Shown: positions 21,749-32,679, counted from the stretch's first letter. The stretch is 64,000 bases of DNA from an uncultured Planctomycetota bacterium (GCA_963719315.1 CAVRBU010000002.1:224001-288000), one strand, 5' to 3'. Program-made: numbers and translations. The notes: generated from the sequence alone by a model not told the origin.

Positions 21749-22177
21749 CTACGAGTCTGGTGCTCGCAACTCTGGCGATGAAAAACCCTCACGCATTTCG
21801 ACGGAAGTGAGTTTGACGACGACTGTCGCGAGCGAGCTCCATCTATATCTCAAACGGCTCGCATCTTCCCTGGCAGACACCTCGACCCTGACAATCCGTT
21901 GGAACCTCCACACATCGCGCCACGTTCGCGGGTCCAAACTCGCCGTCGCTTTGAGATTGGTTGAAGAATAAGTAACGCGGGGAGCGATCCCCTCTAATCT
22001 CGCCTTCAGCGGAGCACCGTTCAGCGTCAGCCTCGCCAATTCGTGGTAGTCAGCCTGGTTGACCGAGTCCACGAATCTCTGGGCGACGACCGTCGGACGA
22101 ACGAAAAGCAGATATAAGAACACCGACGCCAGAGTGACGGCGCCGAGCAGCCAGCGTAGTGAGAATCGTGGTCGCAT
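21749..22177 (-). CDS. Planctomycete 'RFSLR' single-pass membrane protein
   Basis: MRPRFSLRWLL + TM + VRPTVVAQRFV, W.D.WR.QR; paralog of 18920..19414. Confidence 0.7.
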   Translation of the reverse strand: MRPRFSLRWLLGAVTLASVFLYLLFVRPTVVAQRFVDSVNQADYHELARLTLNGAPLKARLEGIAPRVTYSSTNLKATASLDPRTWRDVWRFQRIVRVEVSAREDASRLRYRWSSLATVVVKLTSVEMREGFSSPELRAPDS

Positions 22178-22445
22178 CGGGTTCGCGTCAGTCCAAGACG
22201 AACCTACAAGATCACCCTCAGACACGTTTATGGCATATTAGATTCGCGCAATGCAATCCCGTCCCCCCAATTGATTCTTGCCAGCCGGCGCGGACTAGGG
22301 CACTACCGCCCGTAGTGGCCAAAAACTACATCTATCAACCTGTACACCATCTGCTATATTCGATCCCACGTCGGAAACCCGGCGTCGGATCTTTGACATC
22401 AAAACACAAGCCATGAGAGCTGGTCAATGGGCTCGGGCAGCGCGA

Positions 22446-22530
22446 GTAGGTCCCGCTTGCCGAGCGGGACCTCAGAAGTTGTGCGCGCGCTGCACCTGCT
22501 CAAAGGTCCCTTCCGGCAGAAGGGACCTAC
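22446..22530. repeat. REPIN-like element (two inverted GTAG-REP palindromes)
   Basis: GTAGGTCCCGCTTGCCGAGCGGGACC ... GGTCCCTTCCGGCAGAAGGGACCTAC. Confidence 0.7.
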
Positions 22531-23066
22531 GTCGTAGTCGGCGAGTCTCCGTTCGGCTGAGCTCACGGCCAGCGCCCGACTCCGCTTCCTGTTCACCGAC
22601 TGTCACCTCGCAGCAGCACCCATACAAAAGCCCCTGCATGAAAAGGACGGAAAAAACCGCTCGCGATGATCCATTTCCCTGTCTCGCAACTGTCGATGGA
22701 CCGCTTTCGAGTGCATCAATGAACGTAAAGTCACCGATTTTTGCTCGTCCCCAATGCCCGCAAACGCCGGATTGTTCGAGCGATTCGCGGATGCCGTCGG
22801 ACGAAACCGAAGACTTATGTACGCCGTATGTGGGACCCCTGATTCGAGAACAAAATCTATCTCTATGGCCTGCAACAGGTTCGGACCGCGCACCGCAATT
22901 CTCCCCAATTCAAAACTCGCCGCACACTCTGGAATTTTCGATGGATCTCATTAGTTTTGTACAAACGTCGTCAAAACAATCGCACAAAACCTCTCGATCC
23001 GGCGACAAACTGCGATTTCCCATCACCCCTACTCGTCCAACTAAAAAAAGTTTCTAACAGAAAGAA

Positions 23067-23151
23067 TTGAACCGCCAAACGCCAAGGTCGCCAAGAAAAA
23101 ACGCTACTGATTTTTGCCTTACTTGGCGTGCTTGCCGCCTTGGCGGTTCAA
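23067..23151. repeat. Inverted CGCCAAG-type repeat element
   Basis: TTGAACCGCCAAACGCCAAGGTCGCCAAG ... CTTGGCGTGCTTGCCGCCTTGGCGGTTCAA; same family as 2846-2926. Confidence 0.7.
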
Positions 23152-23272
23152 ATTGTTAGCCGCTCGTAAAAACACCTTCGATCCTCAACCCCCAAGCGCA
23201 TTGCGAATGGCGGTCGGCTCGCCGCTGGTAACCAAGCAAGACAAACTTTGATTGAAAAGGGATTCTCGAACT

Positions 23273-24163
23273 ATGGCGATTCTAGGTGCTCATCAATCAA
23301 TCGCCGGCGGCTATTACAAGGCCGTCGAAATTGCCCACCGTCTTAAGTGCGATTGCGTGCAGCTCTTCACGAAGAACAACAATCAATGGCGCGCAAAGGA
23401 ACTCACCGATGACGACGTACAGCAATTTCAGGGCAAATTGAAGGAGCTCGGTGTTAAGCATCCGTTGGCCCACGACTCTTATCTCATCAACCTGGCCAGC
23501 CCTGATCCGGTGTTGTGGAAGAAATCAGTCGACGCATTCGTGATCGAAATGCTGCGAGCGGACCGGCTTGGCATCCCGTACGTCGTCACCCATCCCGGCG
23601 CACACACCACCAGCACCGAGGCCGCCGGCATCGTGGCAGTCGTGCGAGCACTCGATGAAGTGCATCGGCAAACGCGGGGCATCAAAACAAAATGCCTGCT
23701 CGAAACAACGGCCGGCCAAGGCTCCTGTCTCGGGCGCACGTTCGAGCAATTGGCCACAATGATTGATAGAGTAAAGGATCCGGATCGACTAGGCGTATGC
23801 GTCGATACATGCCACATTTTCGCCGCCGGCTACCCGATCGGCACGGAAAAAGATTACAAGGCCACGATGCGGTCGCTCGAAAAGACAGTCGGCTTAAAGC
23901 TCGTCCGGGCGTTTCATCTCAACGACAGCGTGAAGCCGCTCGGCTCACGAGTGGACCGGCACGCGCACATCGGCAAAGGCATGATCGGCAAGGAAGCGTT
24001 TCGATTCCTGCTGAACGATGCGAGATTCCGCAAGGTCCCCATGTATTTGGAAACGCCAAAAGGCGAAGAAAACGGCAAGAATTTCGACGTCATGAACCTG
24101 CGAACTTTACGGCGAATGGTGGATTCGCCACGGAGCGCTGCGAAAGCACAAAACTCCAAATGA
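23273..24163 (+). CDS. nfo: Endonuclease IV (AP endonuclease)
   Basis: LGAHQSIAGG, HDSYLINLAS, HPG, ETTAGQG, DTCHIFAAG, HLNDS, DRHAHIG, ETP. Confidence 0.95.
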   Translation: MAILGAHQSIAGGYYKAVEIAHRLKCDCVQLFTKNNNQWRAKELTDDDVQQFQGKLKELGVKHPLAHDSYLINLASPDPVLWKKSVDAFVIEMLRADRLGIPYVVTHPGAHTTSTEAAGIVAVVRALDEVHRQTRGIKTKCLLETTAGQGSCLGRTFEQLATMIDRVKDPDRLGVCVDTCHIFAAGYPIGTEKDYKATMRSLEKTVGLKLVRAFHLNDSVKPLGSRVDRHAHIGKGMIGKEAFRFLLNDARFRKVPMYLETPKGEENGKNFDVMNLRTLRRMVDSPRSAAKAQNSK

Positions 24164-24177
24164 CCGCGCCGAATCGA

Positions 24178-24594
24178 CTACCGCGCACGCAACAGCAGCA
24201 CCGGCACGCTGATGTTGTGTTGCACGCGGCTCGCCGTAGCACCGAGGAAAAGATCGGCGAGCAGCTTGTGGCCATGCGTGCCCATTGCCACCAGGTCGCA
24301 GCCTTTCTCATCCACCCACTTGATGATTTCCTTAACGGGCTCGCCATACGCGAGTTGGAATTCCGCGGGAATGTTGGCCGCTTCGAATTCTGTGCGGATT
24401 TGCTTGAGATACGAGCGGCTCTCCTTCACCTCCTTGCCGCCGGCGTCCTCTTCGTGGAACTGCGCAGCCGGACCCGTCGCCACGTGCAGCAATACGACCC
24501 GGCTGTGCATCAGCCCGGCAAGCTGCTTGACGTGATCGATTATCGGCCGGTCGGCCGGCGACAAGTCGAGCGCCAGAAGGATTGTGTCGTACAT
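24178..24594 (-). CDS. Universal stress protein
   Basis: YDTILLALDLS, DLVAMGTHGH...LGATASRV....VPVLL. Confidence 0.9.
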   Translation of the reverse strand: MYDTILLALDLSPADRPIIDHVKQLAGLMHSRVVLLHVATGPAAQFHEEDAGGKEVKESRSYLKQIRTEFEAANIPAEFQLAYGEPVKEIIKWVDEKGCDLVAMGTHGHKLLADLFLGATASRVQHNISVPVLLLRAR

Positions 24595-24624
24595 CGCGAT
24601 GCTCCCGAATATGGTCCGTTGCCG

Positions 24625-26010
24625 TCAACCGCCGATGACAATATGCCACGCCGCCTTGAGAGAGTCAGGCAACCCGTATATGTCCATCAACGTGATGAGA
24701 ACAGCACTTGTCCAGCCCACCGTGAGCAGAAACCACCCGCTCGACCACTCCCCCATCCTCTTGCGGGAGCTGGTGAAGTGCAACAGCGGAAACATGGCCA
24801 GCGGCAATTGCAGAGCGAGAACGACCTGGCTGAGAACCAACAAGTCGTTAACGCTGCCTTCACCGCGGACCCCAATAATAAATATCGCCGGCAGGATCGC
24901 CAAGCCGCGCGTTATCAATCGGCGAATCCAAGGCGAAAGCCGCCAGTGCATGAAGCCTTCCATCACGACCTGACCGGCAAGCGTACCGGTAATCGTGCTG
25001 CTCTGACCGCTGGCCAACAGCGCGACGGCAAACAGAATGCTCGCGGCTGCGGTGTTCAACAGCGGCGCGAGCGTGAGAAACGCGACCTGAATCCAATCAC
25101 TGTCCTCGGCAAAATGGACGACCTCGCCGCCGGCCACGACCACGCTCGTTTTTCCGTAAAAGGTCACCGCCGCGAGCACCAAAATTGCGGCGTTGATGAG
25201 AAAGGCTACGAGAAGCGCAATCGTGGTGTCGAACGTGTTATAGAAGATCGCGCCGCGAATCGAGCGAGCATTCTTTTGCAACTTGCGACTTTGCACGAGA
25301 GCGGAATGCAAATACAGGTTGTGGGGCATGACCGTGGCCCCGATGATGCCGATCGCTATCACCGACATGCCCGCGCGGCGGAAACCAGGTGTTATCAGTG
25401 CGCGCCCCATCTCACCGAAGTTCGGTGTCGTCTCAGGAATCCAAAACAACTCGATGAAGTAACAAGTGCCGATCGTGGCCACGAGCACCAGCACGACCGC
25501 CTCGATCGTGCGAATTCCGAATCGTTGCAACGCCAGAAGCAAAAACACGTCCGTTGCTGTGATCAGAACGGCGTAGAACAACGGGATGCGAAACAACAAA
25601 TTAAGCGCGACGGCGCTGCCGAGTACCTCGGCGAGGTCGCAAGCCGCAATCGCCAATTCGCACAGCAGCCACTGCGGCCAACGCGACCAGCGCGGATACC
25701 AGTCGCGGCAGGCTTGGGCGAGATCTTTGCCGGTTACGATACCCAACCGGGCCGAAAGTATTTGCAAGAAGATCGCCATCAGGCTGGCCATTGCCACCAC
25801 CCACAGCAGATCGTATTTGAACAGCGCGCCGGCCGCCAAGTCGGTCCCCCAGTTGCCAGGGTCCATGTATCCGACGCTTACGAGCAATGCCGGTCCGACG
25901 TATGCCCGCCAGTTCCGCCAGAATTGCCTGGTGTTTTCTGGTACCGCTACGGTTCCATGGATCCCTTCGAGCGAGATCGGCGTCTTGTTATCGTTGAATG
26001 GCTTATGCAT
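24625..26010 (-). CDS. mntH: Nramp family divalent metal transporter
   Basis: GYMDPGNW, GATVMPHNLYLHS, GQSSTITGTLAGQVVMEGF. Confidence 0.95.
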   Translation of the reverse strand: MHKPFNDNKTPISLEGIHGTVAVPENTRQFWRNWRAYVGPALLVSVGYMDPGNWGTDLAAGALFKYDLLWVVAMASLMAIFLQILSARLGIVTGKDLAQACRDWYPRWSRWPQWLLCELAIAACDLAEVLGSAVALNLLFRIPLFYAVLITATDVFLLLALQRFGIRTIEAVVLVLVATIGTCYFIELFWIPETTPNFGEMGRALITPGFRRAGMSVIAIGIIGATVMPHNLYLHSALVQSRKLQKNARSIRGAIFYNTFDTTIALLVAFLINAAILVLAAVTFYGKTSVVVAGGEVVHFAEDSDWIQVAFLTLAPLLNTAAASILFAVALLASGQSSTITGTLAGQVVMEGFMHWRLSPWIRRLITRGLAILPAIFIIGVRGEGSVNDLLVLSQVVLALQLPLAMFPLLHFTSSRKRMGEWSSGWFLLTVGWTSAVLITLMDIYGLPDSLKAAWHIVIGG

Positions 26011-26514
26011 GGCGTTGAGCAAGTTTTTGGCGCATCAAAATCGGCGACTTAGGATTCCTCTCGAAAGAAGAGTTTCCAACGCAATAGCAAGGGGCACAGG
26101 AAGTTAAACCCAGGGGGTAGTTGTCGTTCCCATCTTTTTGACTACTCAAAATCCTCGGTCGTTGAGGGGGTCCTGTCAAGGTTGATTTGTCCGTACTTTC
26201 CAAATCTCCGGCGAAGGGCCGTCGGGGGGCGGGCACCTCAAGATGCCCGCCGAACCTGTACCCAACGCAAGAGCATGGTTGTTATGCCGTTAAGAACGGC
26301 AACCTCGAAGCCCGGAGTTGTTCAAATGGGGAGAGACGAACTCTCATGCGAAGCCTGGTTCGTTGGGCCGCCAAATCGGTTGGCGGGAACACGCAACAAC
26401 CGCCGGAATCGCAGTAAGTCCTTACACTGCATGAAGAAAAATTGACGCCTTTATGACCACGGGGTACAGTTACAGGGTCGAACAGTTTGGCCAATTCTGG
26501 TCGTTGGTGCTGCG

Positions 26515-27069
26515 ATGAGCGTGAACTACTTCAAGCGCTTTCGGATGGAGTTGGATTTGCGCGGTCGCCGCCATGTGCCTCTGTTTGTACCGCGCGGCTA
26601 TCGGCTCATTCCTTGGCACGCTGATTTGCTGGCCGATCACGCGGAAGTCAAATACATGAGCTTCCGAGATGAGATCGACGCCGACGTTTTCACGTGTCTT
26701 GGCGAAGTCGAAGGCTGCCAGCGACTGATGCGAGAGATCAGCTTGAAGGACGGCTTCTTGCCCGAGGCCACTTGGCTGGCAGTATCCACCGAGGGCGGCG
26801 ACATGGAGCCTTGTGGCACGATTCAAGGCATTCGGGCCACGCCCAAGTATGGTGCCATTCAGAACGTTGGGATCGTACCAGCCCACCGCGGCCGGGGCCT
26901 CGGGACGGCACTGATCTATGCGGCGCTGGCCGGGTTTCAGCAAATCGGCCTGTCGCGCGTTTACCTAGAGGTGACTGCCCAAAACGATGGCGCCGTCCGG
27001 TTGTACAAGCGGTTGGGCTTTCGCCGCACAAAGACGCTGTTCAAGGCGGTCGAGCTGGCCTATTCTTGA
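26515..27069 (+). CDS. GNAT family N-acetyltransferase
   Basis: GIVPAHRGRGLG, LEVTAQN.GAVRLY.RLGF. Confidence 0.88.
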   Translation: MSVNYFKRFRMELDLRGRRHVPLFVPRGYRLIPWHADLLADHAEVKYMSFRDEIDADVFTCLGEVEGCQRLMREISLKDGFLPEATWLAVSTEGGDMEPCGTIQGIRATPKYGAIQNVGIVPAHRGRGLGTALIYAALAGFQQIGLSRVYLEVTAQNDGAVRLYKRLGFRRTKTLFKAVELAYS

Positions 27070-27185
27070 CGCGACGTGCGATCGAGCTACCAGCTTGTTT
27101 CCACGCTCCGCGTGAGAATGCAAGATTGCGGCGCTCTGCATCGCTAATTGTTTTGGTTTCTCGACAGAGATAGTATTTGACATCG

Positions 27186-28426
27186 TGACGGAAATTCTTT
27201 CACACAAACTTGCAAACGGCATGGTGCTCGTCGGCGAACCGACGCCGTCGGTCGAATCGGCGGCGTTCACGTTCTTGCTGCCGGGCGGATGTTGTTATGA
27301 CCCGGCGAGTCGGGCGGGCCTGGCCTCCCTCACGGGTGAGATGATGCTTCGCGGTGCTGGCCCGCGGGATAGCCGGACCTGGGTTTCCGATCTGGAAAAC
27401 TTGGGCGTCGAGCGCGGCGAGTCGGTCGGAGTCGCCCAGGCCACGTATCACGGCGCCACGCTCAAGGATAATTTGCCGGCGGCGCTGGTGTTGTTCGCCG
27501 ATTTGCTACGACGGCCCCATTTGCCGGCCGAGCAGCTAGAGGCTGGTCGCAACACCTGCCTGCAGGAGCTGCGGGCGATCGACGACGAGCCTAGCCACAA
27601 GCTCATGATCGAGCTTCGCCGCCAGCAGTATCCGGACCCTTGGGGTCGATCCAGTCATGGGGAAGAGTCGGCGTTGCGGGCTGCGACGATGGATGACATC
27701 CACCGGTTCCACGACCAGCACTATCGTCCGCAGAACACCATACTCGCCGTGGCGGGTAACTTCGATTGGACGCGGCTATGCGGCGAAGTCGAGCAATTGT
27801 TCGGTGATTGGAAGGCGAGCGACGTCGCCGAACCGGCCAGCGGCAACGGGCGGCCGGCGGTGAACCATATCCCGTTCGAGTCGAATCAGTCACACGTGGG
27901 CGTGGCGTACTCGACGATTCCTTACAAGCACCCCGAGTACTTTCAGGCTTGGGCGGCGGTCGGTGTGTTGTCGAGCGGTTCCAGCTCGCGGCTATTCACC
28001 GAGGTACGCGAAAAACGCGGTTTGTGCTACACAGTTTATGCGTCGCTTCACACGCAGCGAGATCGGGCGAGCGTGCTATGCTACGCAGGCACGACGGCCG
28101 AGCGGGCCCAGGAAACGCTGGATGTTACGGTCGCCGAACTCCAACGTCTCGCTCAGGGAATCGAGCAGAGCGAGTTAAACAGGCTCAAGGCGCGAATTAA
28201 AAGCTCGCTCATTATGCAGCAAGAATCGACCTCTGCCCGCAGCGGAGCGTTGGCCCGCGATTGGTATCACTTGGGACGAGCGCGGACGCTCGACGAAGTC
28301 GGCCAACTGGTGGACGCGCTAACGGCCGAAACGATCAACGCCTTTCTGAAAAAGAACCCGCCGAGTGATTTGTTGGTCGTGACGTTGGGCCCTGAGCCGC
28401 TGGAGATGCCGGATGGAATTTCGTAG
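27186..28426 (+). CDS. M16 peptidase, non-catalytic subunit
   Basis: LANGM, no HXXEH (SLTGE), SSRLFTEVREKRGLCY; start approximate. Confidence 0.88.
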
Positions 28427-29651
28427 CCATCGCCTGGAGAACGGGCTGGAAATCATCGCCGAGACGAATGATGATGCGCATTCGATGAGCGTGGCGTTCC
28501 TCGTGCGGACTGGTTCGCGCGACGAAGCCGACGATGTGGCAGGCGTCAGCCACTTCCTGGAGCACATGTGCTTCAAGGGCACGCCGCGTCGCAGTGCCGA
28601 TGACGTGAACCGCGAGTTCGACGAGATCGGCGCTCACTACAACGCCTTCACCAGCGAGGAATGCACCGCGTATTACGCGTCGGTGTTGCCCGAGTACCAG
28701 GAGGCCAGTGTGGATATCCTGGCCGACATCCTGCGGCCCAGCTTGCGGCCGAGCGACTTCGACATGGAAAAAAAGGTCATCCTGGAAGAGATTCAAATGT
28801 ATCTCGACCAACCGCCGTTCGGCATGGACGATCGCATCAAGCAATTGCACATGGGCCGGCACCCACTCGCGCGTAGCGTGCTCGGAACGAGCGACAGCGT
28901 CGGCAGTCTGACGCCCACCCAAATGCGCGACTATTTCTCGTCGCGGTACGCGGCGGACAATGTGTTCGTAGCCGCGGCCGGCAAGGTGGATTTCGAAGCG
29001 CTCGTCGAGCAAGTTGCCAAACACTGCGGCGAATGGACGCCCCAGGCCGCGCGGCGGGAAGTTCCGCAAGCTGCGTCGAAGGCGAGTTTCGAGGTCGTGC
29101 ATCGCCCGACCGCGACGCAACAGTACGTGCTGCAACTCGCCGACGCACCGGCTTCCGAAGACGATGACCGATACGCGGCCAAGTTGTTGGCCACGATCGT
29201 CGGCGACGATTCGGGCAGCCGTATGTACTGGGAGCTGACCGATCCCGGTTTGGCGGAAACGGCCAGTCTTGGCCACTACGAATACCTGGGCGCCGGCATG
29301 TTCTACACCTGGCTGGCCTGCGAGCCGGATAGTGTCGAAGAGAACCTCGATCGGCTGCGGCGCATCTTGCTGGAAGTGGAGCGCGACGGCGTCACCGCCG
29401 AGGAGCTCAACCAGGCGAAGAACAAAGTCAAGGCCCGCGTGGTGCTCGGTAGCGAGCGACCTCAAAGCCGGCTGTTCAACGTCGGCGGCAACTGGCTGCA
29501 ACGCCGCGAGTATCGCACCGTGGCCGATGACTTGAAGTCGCTCGATGACGTGACCGTGGAGCAGATTCGCACAGTGCTAACCAAATACCCGCTGACGAAC
29601 GCCTCAACGATTACGGTGGGCCCGCGCGAGAGCGTGCGCGAACCGAAATAG
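28413..29651 (+). CDS. M16 peptidase, catalytic subunit
   Basis: GVSHFLEHMCFKGT, NAFTS, EKKVILEEI. Confidence 0.92.
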   Translation: MEFRSHRLENGLEIIAETNDDAHSMSVAFLVRTGSRDEADDVAGVSHFLEHMCFKGTPRRSADDVNREFDEIGAHYNAFTSEECTAYYASVLPEYQEASVDILADILRPSLRPSDFDMEKKVILEEIQMYLDQPPFGMDDRIKQLHMGRHPLARSVLGTSDSVGSLTPTQMRDYFSSRYAADNVFVAAAGKVDFEALVEQVAKHCGEWTPQAARREVPQAASKASFEVVHRPTATQQYVLQLADAPASEDDDRYAAKLLATIVGDDSGSRMYWELTDPGLAETASLGHYEYLGAGMFYTWLACEPDSVEENLDRLRRILLEVERDGVTAEELNQAKNKVKARVVLGSERPQSRLFNVGGNWLQRREYRTVADDLKSLDDVTVEQIRTVLTKYPLTNASTITVGPRESVREPK

Positions 29652-30190
29652 CCCAAGCGGTTTTCTTTTTGACGCGAACGGCGATGAGTTTTGCGCGAAG
29701 GCTTCGCGCAATGGAAGTCGTAACTCGTTGGGCGGCAAGGGAGTGCGATTTTGCACACGCGTGAAAATTTTTTTTCGCGTGCAAAAGTCCTCCTTTTTGC
29801 GCGGCGCTCGGGCGGCGAACCTCTGGAAATCCAGTGCTTTGAGCGTGAACTCGACGTGCAATAATAGGCGAGTTTGCTCTCTAAAATGCCGTTTTCTGGC
29901 AGGATTTAGCGGTTCGCCAGAGCGGTCGAGCCCATAAAACGACGCGATTTTCGCAGCGTTTTGCAGTGTTCCGGCCCTTCGGCCAACTTTGGGCAAAAGG
30001 GCGCGAGCGCGTCGGGAGACCGCGCGTAACCTCTGGCTGATAGTTAACAGCTAATGGCTAACAGCTTGCTCTAAATTTTCAAGGAACAAACGCCGTCGCA
30101 ATGCAGCGTGCTCGGACTGTAGCATTTTCACGCCTGCTATTCCACAAGTATTTTTGGCCGCTCAGTTAAAGTTGGATCACAAAACGGCCG

Positions 30191-30219
30191 TTGACAAACC
30201 TTTTTCCTGCGTCGATAAT
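30191..30219 (+). promoter_or_regulatory. Sigma70-type promoter TTGACA-N17-GATAAT
   Basis: Perfect -35, 5/6 -10, 17-nt spacer, about 50 nt upstream of ORF 30272. Confidence 0.65.
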
Positions 30220-30271
30220 CCCTATTGGTCGGACCGCTATTTTTTGTTCTCCTGCGTAAATAGCGGCCTAA

Positions 30272-30643
30272 ATGGCTTTTTTTCGGCAATCCGCCGCGCT
30301 GGTCTTGCTGACGTTCGTCAGCGCGATTTCATTCTTGGGGGCGGGGCTGCACCTGCTTCCCGGCTGCGACCACTTCCACGAGGGACTTCATTCTTGCGAC
30401 GCACATGCTGGATGCGGCCGTCACCACGCTGCCACTCGTGACTGCGGCAGCTGCTCGAGCGATACCGAGTGCCCGATCTGTCGCCTTCTAGCGATCCCGT
30501 GGGCACTCACTGTACCTCCTGCGATCGTAGATTGTGGACGACCTTTTGAGACTGTCGTCGCCGCCACAGAATCTACACCGGCGATTGAAATGACCCGCCC
30601 TTATGGCGCGAGAGCGCCTCCGCGGTCGCCGTCAACTATCTAG
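30272..30643 (+). CDS. DUF2946-like His/Cys-rich leader protein with C-terminal RAPP arrest motif
   Basis: N-terminal hydrophobic segment, His/Cys cluster, CPIC, ARAPP six residues before stop. Confidence 0.75.
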   Translation: MAFFRQSAALVLLTFVSAISFLGAGLHLLPGCDHFHEGLHSCDAHAGCGRHHAATRDCGSCSSDTECPICRLLAIPWALTVPPAIVDCGRPFETVVAATESTPAIEMTRPYGARAPPRSPSTI

Positions 30644-30778
30644 CCGCTCTCGGCTTCGATTCTGGAAACGTGCAGACATTGCACGCTTATCGAGTCGCAT
30701 TGAAGTCAATCCGCTGAGTACCGCCGACGACACTTCGCGCGCATTGCGTGCAAGGAGTGCGGTAGCGTGCGTAACAAA

Positions 30779-30852
30779 GCTTCGCCGGCTGTGGGAGCGA
30801 AGGCAAAAGCGGTCCGACCAAAACCGATGCCTTCACGCCAGGCCGGCGAAGC
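30779..30852 (+). promoter_or_regulatory. Long stem-loop in the leader of the DUF1559 operon
   Basis: GCTTCGCCGGC/GCCGGCGAAGC (11 bp) with inner GAAGGC/GCCTTC and CGGT/ACCG. Confidence 0.5.
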
Positions 30853-30878
30853 GTACAAATCGCCGGAAAGACTTGCCC

Positions 30879-31676
30879 ATGGTTATCGCGTCTCACCCAA
30901 CCACAATGTCGTGCAAGAAAGAAACGTACCGAGATGCATTCGTTAAGAGATCGGCCTTTACATTGGTCGAGCTGTTGGTGGTGATTGCGATTATCGGCGT
31001 TTTAGTCGCGCTGTTGTTACCTGCTGTGCAAGCCGCGCGGGCTGCCGCGAGACGAACCCAGTGCGCGAACAACATGCGTCAGATCGGCTTGGGGATGCAG
31101 CAGTATTGCGATGCCCACAAAGGCCACTTTCCGCTGATGCAGCACAATATCGCTCAGAGCGATGTGCCCAAAACATGGATTTACGTTTTGGCGCCGTACA
31201 TGGAAAGCGTCGACGCCGTCCGCTTGTGTCCGGAAGACATGAAGCGGATCGAGAATCCGGCCTACACGGATCCCTCGACCGGCAACGTTGTCGAAGTCCG
31301 GCCCACGAGCTACGCCATGAACGGCTACCTCCGCGCCGAGGGCTTCAACCCCGCGGGGCCGACGCCTGGGTTCGTGACGCGGTTCTCGCAGCTGACGGAG
31401 ACCCACAAAACCATCGTGATGTTCGAAGCCGGCAACAGCGTAGACAGCACGAAGGACCACGTGGAATCACCCGACTGGTTCGATGAGTCAAACATGAAGC
31501 GCAACGCGACCGATCATGCCGTCTGGCAGGATGTGCAAGGAGAAGTCGCCGTTGCGCGCCATCATGGAACCTCTGCGAACTACCTGTACGCAGACGGACA
31601 CGTAGATGCGATTTCGGCCGACCAGATCGCCGAATGGTGCGACGCGGGAACGAACTTTGCGATCCCGCCGCAATGA
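30879..31676 (+). CDS. DUF1559 prepilin-type protein with H-X9-DG motif
   Basis: [55 protein letters not shown]; start 30879 or 30906. Confidence 0.92.
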   Translation: MVIASHPTTMSCKKETYRDAFVKRSAFTLVELLVVIAIIGVLVALLLPAVQAARAAARRTQCANNMRQIGLGMQQYCDAHKGHFPLMQHNIAQSDVPKTWIYVLAPYMESVDAVRLCPEDMKRIENPAYTDPSTGNVVEVRPTSYAMNGYLRAEGFNPAGPTPGFVTRFSQLTETHKTIVMFEAGNSVDSTKDHVESPDWFDESNMKRNATDHAVWQDVQGEVAVARHHGTSANYLYADGHVDAISADQIAEWCDAGTNFAIPPQ

Positions 31677-31789
31677 TATTCCTTGTAGTCGAGGTCTGTG
31701 ACCCCGGCTACACAATCGCGGGCCTCACAGCGGCCAGCTACAGCGTTTGAATTGATTTCAAAAAATCTACAACTTTGGAGAGCTAATCA

Positions 31790-32674
31790 ATGTCTCGATA
31801 TACGCGTATCGGCCTACGGGCCGCAATGTTTGTTTTGCCTGTGCTTATGGGCATGTGGCCCGCCGTTCAAGCACCTGCGGCGGATAGTGATACATTCGTC
31901 ACGAATGTCGGCAGTAAGGTCACAATCGGCGGCGCAAATAATCTGGAAACTGTCGATGAAAACTTCGAACTCACCTCGCAAGTCTTCTATGCCCCGATGG
32001 TGCCCGATTCTCCGCCGTTCGATCCGCACGACTATGGCTTCGATGATCCAGGCTTCTTCGCGCTCGGCAGCACTCGCGTTGCCGATTTTCCGGCCGGCAC
32101 TTCACCCCTGCCCGCTGCGGCGAACGTAACGGTCCACTTTCCGAGCTTCACTGTCGCCGGCAACACAGACACGTTGTTCTATTGGAACGGGTCCGGAGCG
32201 GTCAACTTTCAGCCCATTTCGACGACTCAGCCCGGCGTCGCGTTGGCGATCGGCGCCGACCCAGTGGGCACCACGAGCAATACTTCACTCACTGATTACG
32301 GCGCTCTCCACGAGCATCCGGCTTTCACACTCGACAATGGCGGTCCTGGCATCCCTGCCGACGGCGTCTACCTGAACGCGGCAAACATCAGCGTTACGGG
32401 GCTCAGTGACTCCAAGAACTACTACTACGTTTGGATCATCGATTCACTGATCAACGACGGGGACAAAGCCGGCGTGCTCCGGGATGCGCTCCTAGATCAC
32501 ACCGATCCACCGATTGTCGAGGGTAAAGATTTCACGTTTGTCAACAACGCGATCAGCTATGTCCAGAACAATTTGGTTGCTGTCCCCGAGCCGGGTAGCT
32601 TCGCGCTGATAGGTATCGTTGGCTGCGTGTGCTTGACCGTTGGATCGCGAACCCGCTTCGCCAGAAGGAGTTGA
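31790..32674 (+). CDS. PEP-CTERM surface protein with HxH motif
   Basis: Signal peptide, DDPGF, LFYWNG, HEHP, PADGVYL, VPEP + TM + basic tail. Confidence 0.85.
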   Translation: MSRYTRIGLRAAMFVLPVLMGMWPAVQAPAADSDTFVTNVGSKVTIGGANNLETVDENFELTSQVFYAPMVPDSPPFDPHDYGFDDPGFFALGSTRVADFPAGTSPLPAAANVTVHFPSFTVAGNTDTLFYWNGSGAVNFQPISTTQPGVALAIGADPVGTTSNTSLTDYGALHEHPAFTLDNGGPGIPADGVYLNAANISVTGLSDSKNYYYVWIIDSLINDGDKAGVLRDALLDHTDPPIVEGKDFTFVNNAISYVQNNLVAVPEPGSFALIGIVGCVCLTVGSRTRFARRS

Positions 32675-32679
32675 CACAG

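Noticed and set aside
22413..23057. 214-aa ORF
   Set aside because: Runs through REP elements, Ser/Pro/Arg-rich, no recognisable motif
23797..26052. 751-aa plus-strand ORF
   Set aside because: Antisense shadow of mntH/usp; Arg-rich, no motifs
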